Shown in pieces: positions 57,643 to 64,000 of a DNA stretch of 64,000 nucleotides. Position numbers and translations under genes: made by a program. Origin of the DNA: a virus. Where the stretch lies: the IMG/VR virus record IMGVR_UViG_3300042904_000196, positions 1 to 64,000 of that record, one strand, 5' to 3'. Below the pieces are notes generated by a model. The model saw only the letters and a program-made list of their open reading frames with translations, ran no database searches and was not told the origin of the DNA. Within the stretch, counting starts at the first letter, position 1, and each line of letters begins with the position of its first letter.

Positions 57643-58198
57643 AAACAATGATAGTTGCGGCGATTTGGATAGCGTATCTCCTTATACTGCACAAGTATTG
57701 GGGAATGCCTGATATACTGATGTTTGGTGGCGTCTTTATGGGGATCATGTTCATCATTTACAGGGCTATAAATGACAATTCGTGAACGGTTCAAACAAGA
57801 GGCAGAACTTCGTGCTTGGAAGGCTTTCCGTAGGCATGGAGAAAAATCGTACCAGTTTCGGAAAGCCATGAAATCGAGGTGGATTAAGTGAGTAAGCCAC
57901 GGACACACAAACAGAAAGCCAAGCACGAGAAATCCCGGGGACCCCGCCCCAAGGAAATCGGCAAGGCCAGTCAGAACGGCGTAACCAAGGGTGTTCTTTA
58001 CTTCGGTAGGTAACATGTTGGACTACAGTGTCAAACTAAGTGACTGCCCCTTGGGGGTTCCGCTGGTCACCGAGGATCAGCGACTGTCCCAAGAGGTGAT
58101 TAACAAGATCAGCGAACTTATACATAAGGAGGTTAGAAAGGATTCCGGCGTTTGGTTCTACACTGTTGAATTGAAAATCTCTACTACGAGGGCTCTCA

Positions 58199-58714
58199 AT
58201 GCGAAAGATCACTAATGCAACCGCGGCAAGGCTTCTGAAAGAGTACGACAACAGCAAAATCTTCCACGTTACGTTCATCAAGCGTACCAACGGAGAGATT
58301 CGCGAAATGACCTGCCGGAAAGGGGTGAGCAAGTACGTCAAGGGTACGGCTGCCTTTGATCCCAAGCAGGTGGAAGAGGACCACCATATTTTGCATGTCT
58401 TTGATGTTGAGTTGTTCAACCAGAAGTGTGCCGAGGCCCCCGGCAAGCTTACCGAGGATGCCAAGATCGACATTGGCGTCACCTGCTACAGGTCCATCAA
58501 TCTGGATTGCATCATCGCTCTCCGGATGGATGGCAAGGAGTATATTACGAACAACCTGCCGGTGAAGGATTTCACCTGCCAGTGGCCCGATGGCAAGCTG
58601 GTTATCCAGAGGTACATCAAGGGCCGCACGGAGCAGGAGGTCCGGGCGAACTTCAAACGTGTCAGTGGTCTGGACCGCATCCCAAGAGGTCTTGTGATTC
58701 GGGAATCAAAATGA
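58199..58714 (+). CDS. phage SH3-fold-like protein
   Basis: FHVTFIKRTNGEIREMTCR...VFDV...YRSINLD. Confidence 0.6.
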   Translation: MRKITNATAARLLKEYDNSKIFHVTFIKRTNGEIREMTCRKGVSKYVKGTAAFDPKQVEEDHHILHVFDVELFNQKCAEAPGKLTEDAKIDIGVTCYRSINLDCIIALRMDGKEYITNNLPVKDFTCQWPDGKLVIQRYIKGRTEQEVRANFKRVSGLDRIPRGLVIRESK

Positions 58715-58932
58715 CCGAATCCTTTGAGAACTACCGCCTCAAAGACAAGGAGACGCTCCAATGGGTAACCGTTGGAGCGTCTCTTGAGGCCCAGACGACC
58801 ATAGGTAAGTACAGGATACGTAACGGGTGCTTGTACTTCACCTCAAAAGAAACTCCCGTTGAAGTCCGTATTGGCAGATTCAAAGACCCTAAAGCAAAGG
58901 CACGGTCGCATTTCCTAAATGATGCCGTGTAA
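58711..58932 (+). CDS. hypothetical protein
   Basis: ATGA overlap (MTESFENY...). Confidence 0.45.
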   Translation: MTESFENYRLKDKETLQWVTVGASLEAQTTIGKYRIRNGCLYFTSKETPVEVRIGRFKDPKAKARSHFLNDAV

Positions 58933-58936
58933 CTCT

Positions 58937-60373
58937 ATGGAACCTAGTGTGTATCAGAAAGCGATTCTTGACTGGCCCACAAAGCGGACCGGTAACCTTA
59001 TCGTTAACGCCTTAGCGGGCAGCGGAAAGACGAAGACCCTAGAGCTTCTTACGCAGAGTGAGGGGCTCGTTGGCAAGCCGACACGTGCCATGTCATTCAA
59101 CAAATCCATCGCAGAGGAACTGGCCCGCAGGCTGCCGTCATGGGTGGAATCGACCACGATGCACAGCTTTGGTTTCGGCATCATTCGGAAGCATGGCTGG
59201 GTGAAGGTGAACGCACAGAAGCTTGAGAACATCTTGAAGTTCGATGTGTACGACTTCAAGAATGACTCTCAAATGACCAAGAGGGAGTGCTACAGTATCC
59301 AGCACTTCGTGCTTAGGATGTGTTCCCTTTTGAAGAGTCATCTTCACACCAAAGACAAGCTTCCAAAGAACGTGGTTGAGATGGCCCTCAACTACGGTAT
59401 CGATTTGCCTAAGGACGTGGAGCTGGCACAGGAGAAGCTCCAAGCTGTCTGGCAAATCGGCAGATCGCGTTTGAAGGTTATTGATTACGACGACATGATA
59501 TATGTCCCCCTAGCAATGGACATGTTGATTCCGAAATCAATGTGGGCTTTAGTGGATGAAGTCCAAGACCTTAACCCCGCACAGATTGCCCTTGCCACCA
59601 AGATGGGTGAAAGGGCGATATGTGTAGGCGACGTGCATCAGGCCATCTATGGCTTCCGTGGGGCAGATGCCCGAGCCATGGAAACGCTTCAGGCGGAGCT
59701 AAAGGCTGACTCGCTGCCACTGAACATCTGTTACAGATGCTCGAAGGCAGTGATTCATGCGGCACAAGGGATCGTGCCAGAGATTGAGGCTTCGCCTACA
59801 GCGAATGAGGGTTCAGTCACATCCATCCGATCCGAGGAACTCATTAGGGTGACTAAGGATGGTGATTTCGTGCTGTGCCGCACGGCAGCACCATTGATTC
59901 AGCACTGTTTGCGGTTCATTGCCAAGGGCAAGAAAGCAACGGTGCTGGGCAAGGAAATCGGTGAGGGACTGATTGGGCTCATAGAGACATTAGACTGTAA
60001 CAATGTGGAGGAACTCTTGATGGAGCTTGCCGACTACGAGCAAGCTGAAACCGAGCGTCTCAAGAAACGTGAAGACAGGATTGTTGAGCTTAACGACACT
60101 TGCGAGGTGATACGTGCCTTGTGTGAAGACGCTCTGAGCATCAGGCATGTCGTTGAGAAAATCAATTCACTTTTTTCTAAGGAGCGAGGTCCGGGCGTAA
60201 CGTTCTCTACCATACACAAGAGCAAGGGCTTGGAGTCAGACAATGTGTACATACTTTGTCCTGAACTTCTGCCGCATCCACGGGTTAAGGTCGAGTGGAT
60301 GGTTGCTCAGGAAATGAACTTGAAGTATGTTGCGATTACACGTGCAAAGAGAAACCTTTTTTGGGTGGAATAA
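58937..60373 (+). CDS. UvrD/Rep-like SF1 helicase
   Basis: ALAGSGKT, VDEVQD, VGDVHQAIYGFRGA, CYRC, STIHKSKGLE, YVAITRAK. Confidence 0.92.
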   Translation: MEPSVYQKAILDWPTKRTGNLIVNALAGSGKTKTLELLTQSEGLVGKPTRAMSFNKSIAEELARRLPSWVESTTMHSFGFGIIRKHGWVKVNAQKLENILKFDVYDFKNDSQMTKRECYSIQHFVLRMCSLLKSHLHTKDKLPKNVVEMALNYGIDLPKDVELAQEKLQAVWQIGRSRLKVIDYDDMIYVPLAMDMLIPKSMWALVDEVQDLNPAQIALATKMGERAICVGDVHQAIYGFRGADARAMETLQAELKADSLPLNICYRCSKAVIHAAQGIVPEIEASPTANEGSVTSIRSEELIRVTKDGDFVLCRTAAPLIQHCLRFIAKGKKATVLGKEIGEGLIGLIETLDCNNVEELLMELADYEQAETERLKKREDRIVELNDTCEVIRALCEDALSIRHVVEKINSLFSKERGPGVTFSTIHKSKGLESDNVYILCPELLPHPRVKVEWMVAQEMNLKYVAITRAKRNLFWVE

Positions 60374-60375
60374 CC

Positions 60376-60720
60376 ATGAAAAATTTGCTTGAGGCCATGC
60401 TCGGACAGACCGCTAACTTCGATCAGGTGCTGTTCGACATCATGCATCTCCTGCCGAAGATGACTGATTCCAGAATCAATTTAATCCGTGAGATATACGC
60501 CAAGGCCGTTACCCCCGAGGAAAGTAAGGGGGACATTGAATCGTTCAATAGGTTGCTGGAATTGACGCTGGACTACATGAAGGCGGCTAGGGTCATTTAC
60601 ATGATCCCCTTGAAGGCGTCCGAGGTCGTGGGGACCGTGGAAGACGAGCCCGGACACTTCGTGTACACCATGAAGGATGGCAGCACCAAGTGTTCCTGCG
60701 GACACCGCCTTGAAACTTAA
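60376..60720 (+). CDS. hypothetical protein
   Basis: ATG directly after the helicase stop. Confidence 0.5.
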   Translation: MKNLLEAMLGQTANFDQVLFDIMHLLPKMTDSRINLIREIYAKAVTPEESKGDIESFNRLLELTLDYMKAARVIYMIPLKASEVVGTVEDEPGHFVYTMKDGSTKCSCGHRLET

Positions 60721-61361
60721 ATACGTCCGGTTGGCCAGCGGTGAGGTTAGATTCTGCTACATCGAGGAGGATCACTCATCGCTGGTCAACGCCGGGGAGC
60801 GTGCTGTTTCTGCTGGTATAGTGATTCGGGAATCAAATGGATGGATATTGTGGTGTCAGGGTTCTGTCACCTGTAAGCTTTTACCGCATGAATGTTTGAA
60901 TGATGATGAAGCGATCAGTAACTACCTTGGACCGAGGAAGAACAAATGAAATGGCTTAAAGTCAGTGCTATACTGACTGTAATCTTTGTGGTTGGTGCAT
61001 TGATTGTGCCTGCAGGACACGCGAAACAGTGGGACACCGTTGTCGTAGTTACTGGGTTGTTGTACTTTGGGTTTTTGCTTATTGATGCTCTTTTCGGGGA
61101 TGACGACGATGGTAACTTTTGAAGAAAGAAAGCCACAGTGCTGGGTCGTTCTCGGCACGGTCAGGCATGGACGGGTCAAGTGGAACCCCGACATTGAGCG
61201 GTACATATTCTTGCCTGACAGCAGGTATTTGCGTGCCAGTGAGTTGCGTGAGATTATCGAATTCATGGACAAGCAACAGGCCCTCGCAGAGTGTGGCAAG
61301 GTTCGGTGTTCAGAGTGTGACAAGCTTTTTGACTATTCTCTAACTGTAGGAGGAGGTTTCG

Positions 61362-61721
61362 ATGGACCCATCACGTGCAAGCCGTGCTTCGGACTATAAG
61401 TGTCTTGAACTCTGGTGCAAGTTTTTGGGCTCACAGGGCTACTACATTCAACAGGAGCAGGAGCGGGCAGCCCGCGACGGGGCTCCCTTGAATGCCATTT
61501 ACAAGCAGGGTGAGGCTTGGGTAACAACGTTTGACTGTATCAATTTTGATTTGGCCCGTCGTATCGAAGACAAGGCTAAGATCGTTGTGCCCCCTAAGCT
61601 TAAAATACTTAGGGATGAGTATACCTATCGCGAGAAGCTTCTCGCTAAGGAACATGCTGATAGTATAAGGGCCTTGGGCCAGTTCTTTGAAAATTACCTG
61701 AAGGAGGCGTTAAGTGAGTAA
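61362..61721 (+). CDS. hypothetical protein
   Basis: AGGAGG RBS. Confidence 0.5.
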   Translation: MDPSRASRASDYKCLELWCKFLGSQGYYIQQEQERAARDGAPLNAIYKQGEAWVTTFDCINFDLARRIEDKAKIVVPPKLKILRDEYTYREKLLAKEHADSIRALGQFFENYLKEALSE

Positions 61722-62754
61722 GCGTGATTTTGTGATGCTTGCAAAGGCATACAGCGAAGATAAGCACAACGTGTTCAAGTGGCTCATGTCCGAGAAACTG
61801 GATGGGTTACGTGCCATATGGGACGGGGGAATATCGGCAGGGAAGAGCCTACTTGAGGTGCCTTACAGCAACAAGAGCATGATCCATCGCTTCGCTCAAA
61901 CACCTATTTGTACGGGGCTCTGGTCGAGGTACGGTAACGTTATCCATGCTCCCAAGGATTGGGTAGCTACGCTGCCCAAGGGGATATTCTTGGACGGTGA
62001 GCTTTACATGGGTCCGGGCAAGTTTCAGGAAACCAGTTCGATAACACGATCCTTCGAGGCTGACTGGACTAAGGTAGAGTATCGGGTCTTTGACAGTCCA
62101 CCACCTGAATTGATTCTGGAATCAGGTGTCATTCGGAGCAATGGTGGCGGAGCCTTTACGGTGCCACCTGCGGCCTTGCCTTGGGCTTTAGAAAGGGGCG
62201 TGAAACGTCTGTTTGCAATAGGTGCTCCGTTTCTGGAAAGGCTTAGTGTGCTCAAAGGCTTGGTCAAGGTGCATGAGCAGACCATCGTGGATAACAACGT
62301 GGATGCCTTCATGGAGCAGGTTTTGCTCAGTGGGGGTGAAGGTGTCATTTTTAAATCGAACAGCCCCTACGTCTGTAAGCGTTCCGATAGGATGCTGAAG
62401 TACAAGCCCTTCTCTGACGACGAGGGAACGGTCAGCGGGTACACGACCGGGCGTGAAACCGAGAGGGGCAGTAAGCTGCTCGGTATGATGGGTTCCTTGG
62501 AGGTACTCTGGAAAGGTAAGGTGTTTGAAATCAGTGGCTTTACGGAGGCTGAACGCTCGTTGCGGACGGTGGGCGACAAAGATGGTGTTAAGGCCCTTTC
62601 GTGGGCTATGGAGAATCCCGAGAGCAAGGTGCCTGACTGGATCGAGGCAAGCGAATTCCCTAGGGGATCGCGGGTGACATTTACCTATCGGGAACTGTCC
62701 GATGATGGTATACCCAAGGAGGCAAGGTATCTGCGTAAGCGTGATAGCGAGTAA
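61714..62754 (+). CDS. ATP-dependent DNA ligase
   Basis: SEKLDGLRA (motif I), LDGELY, VFD, GEGVIFK, LKYKP, TFTYRELS...P...RY. Confidence 0.9.
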   Translation: MSKRDFVMLAKAYSEDKHNVFKWLMSEKLDGLRAIWDGGISAGKSLLEVPYSNKSMIHRFAQTPICTGLWSRYGNVIHAPKDWVATLPKGIFLDGELYMGPGKFQETSSITRSFEADWTKVEYRVFDSPPPELILESGVIRSNGGGAFTVPPAALPWALERGVKRLFAIGAPFLERLSVLKGLVKVHEQTIVDNNVDAFMEQVLLSGGEGVIFKSNSPYVCKRSDRMLKYKPFSDDEGTVSGYTTGRETERGSKLLGMMGSLEVLWKGKVFEISGFTEAERSLRTVGDKDGVKALSWAMENPESKVPDWIEASEFPRGSRVTFTYRELSDDGIPKEARYLRKRDSE

Positions 62755-62948
62755 CTTATTTATTTTGGAGATAGCATGAAACCTATTTCGATGTTTTTCA
62801 GTGTGCTGGCTGCACTTTGTGTGTTCGGGCTCCTGTGTGTCGGTATCTGGACCTACATGGAAGAGAAGCGCTCTATCCGTGAGGCTCAGAAACAGCAACA
62901 GGAGGCTGTCGATAGACTCTTTTGGTACAACAGAGAGAATCGTAACAG

Positions 62949-63512
62949 ATGAAGAATATGCCATGGTTAGTAATGATAGTGTTAATAGGTATTTTCACTT
63001 CGTGTAAACGGGAACCGGTACCGGTGCCTCAGGACGAGACACCGGTACTTTGTTTGTATGTTAGCGGTTTGGGTGCGGACCACCTTGGGAAGGTGTACGA
63101 CCATCTGGTTCAACGCGAGCCTCTTTGGGGGCACGTTCGGTTCGCTGGTAGGGATAATTATCAGACGGATGTTAGAGACTATGTGCTTAAAAGTAGGCAC
63201 AAGAGGCTGGTAGTGATTTGCCACTCTTGGGGTTCGGCTCGGAGTGTGGAGGATTTGAAAGGGGTACCTGTGGACCTGTTGGTCCTCTACGATCCTGTTG
63301 GCTTCGACCAAGGAGCCTTGGTGGTTCCGGAATCAATCAAGCGAACAATTGTCTTTCCTAGGGAGAGAAACAGGTGGTTGGTTCCTTTTACGGCCCCTAT
63401 ACGGAGCAGCAAGCTGGGTCAAGAGATTGTCACCATAATGCTTCCGGGTGGGCACAGTGATGGTACGCTGAATGAAATGAGCTTTGGTTACATTCAATTG
63501 GAGAATAAATGA
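62949..63512 (+). CDS. lipoprotein-like alpha/beta hydrolase
   Basis: Hydrophobic signal with FTSC; CHSWG nucleophile elbow; LYDPV; GGH. Confidence 0.6.
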   Translation: MKNMPWLVMIVLIGIFTSCKREPVPVPQDETPVLCLYVSGLGADHLGKVYDHLVQREPLWGHVRFAGRDNYQTDVRDYVLKSRHKRLVVICHSWGSARSVEDLKGVPVDLLVLYDPVGFDQGALVVPESIKRTIVFPRERNRWLVPFTAPIRSSKLGQEIVTIMLPGGHSDGTLNEMSFGYIQLENK

Positions 63513-64000
63513 GTTATCTAAGAAAACTGCAAAGAGTCTGTAACGTTACCTACAGGGGTGAGTGGCTCATCAACGGTAAGCCCTTAGCGCATGGGGATAA
63601 TGCTAAGGTGTTTGATGTTGCTGGTATATTGGTGAGTAACCGGGGAGCGGCTCTGGAGTTTTTGAAACAGAAACTCTGCGAGGAAGGGTTAGCCGTCATG
63701 ATACGCTCCGCGGTGCCGTTGGTTTGGGAGGGTGAATGGATCATTGATGGCAAGAAGCTTGAGGATTATAACTTCTGGAACAGGCTCTTTGCTGTAACCG
63801 GTATTCCGGTGCCTCCCTTTCAAACGAGAGACACGATGCTTGCGTGGGTGAAGAGTAGACTGGGCGACTATTATGATACACTCCCCTATGACGAAGTTAC
63901 CATTAAGGTGTTGAGGGAGTTCAAGGTCCCGCAAAGCCTGATTGAAATGAACAATATGTGGAAGACCAAGGAGGGTCAACTGATTCCGGTATCAAAACTG
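63509..64000 (+). CDS. 3'-truncated hypothetical protein
   Basis: ATGA overlap after GGAG (MSYLRKLQRVCNVTYRGEW...); appears to run off the window end. Confidence 0.45.
   Translation, partial: MSYLRKLQRVCNVTYRGEWLINGKPLAHGDNAKVFDVAGILVSNRGAALEFLKQKLCEEGLAVMIRSAVPLVWEGEWIIDGKKLEDYNFWNRLFAVTGIPVPPFQTRDTMLAWVKSRLGDYYDTLPYDEVTIKVLREFKVPQSLIEMNNMWKTKEGQLIPVSKL

Larger units (their letters stand above)
1584..63994. repeat. dispersed 14-bp palindrome family TGATTCCGGAATCA (~65 copies)
   Basis: Exact copies start at 1584, 22092, 26465, 30912, 32758, 36815, 39764, 42743, 44609, 45945, 46123, 51250, 51789. Variants with 1-2 mismatches start at e.g. 2445, 4367, 4661, 5639, 6632, 8846, 9638, 11388, 16983, 18136, 19815, 20022, 23745, 24296, 25047, 25575, 27254, 28324, 29345, 29863, 30234, 31179, 31954, 33169, 33955, 34939, 36315, 38615, 38732, 41615, 45288, 45564, 45763, 48414, 49103, 50014, 53026, 54602, 55519, 56292, 57576, 58695, 59526, 60465, 60822, 62111, 63322, 63981. 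15-bp forms start at 30445, 45641, 45807, 46350, 46756. Confidence 0.97.

Noticed and set aside
1584-63994. Palindrome copies as CRISPR repeats, REP elements or MITEs
   Set aside because: They are only 14-15 bp, irregularly spaced, mostly intragenic, with no conserved flanks and no cas or transposase genes.
1584-63994. Motif as a by-product of a recurrent peptide, or as simple GANTC/TCCGGA methylation sites
   Set aside because: It occurs in all three frames and in intergenic DNA, conservation extends to 14 bp, and many variants break the GANTC or TCCGGA core. A methylation link is not excluded but does not explain the pattern.
1-64000. Stop-codon reassignment
   Set aside because: Long genes are intact under the standard code and coding density is high.

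Overview
This is a 64-kb segment of a tailed dsDNA phage (siphovirus-like, probably lytic; no integrase, terminase, portal or lysin is recognisable in the window). It has four parts. (i) 1-25.2 kb, + strand: virion module with repeat-rich fibre-like proteins, scaffold, major capsid, neck, tail tube, a frameshifted tail chaperone, tape measure, tail tip, a Cys-rich protein and a membrane lipoprotein. (ii) 25.3-30.4 kb, - strand: exonuclease, dNMP kinase, dUTPase and primase-helicase. (iii) A divergent control region at 30.44-30.94 kb, then a + strand replication/regulation module: two ParB-family proteins, SNF2-like helicase, sigma factor, family A DNA polymerase, VRR-NUC and class II RNR. (iv) A second control region with a candidate long structured RNA at 45.66-46.44 kb, then early/accessory genes including thyA, a second sigma-like factor, a UvrD-like helicase and a ligase. 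The most striking signal is the 14-bp palindrome TGATTCCGGAATCA. By eye it occurs 13 times exactly and about 50 more times as close variants (about 1 per kb). It lies inside genes in all three reading frames, in terminator hairpins, and in clusters at both control regions. The same genome encodes two ParB-like proteins but no ParA in the window, and one ParB is preceded by a 48-aa hyperacidic micro-ORF. I propose, as inference, a phage ParB/Noc/KorB-like genome-coating or regulatory system with dispersed loading sites. All counts and protein calls are by eye; no database search was run.
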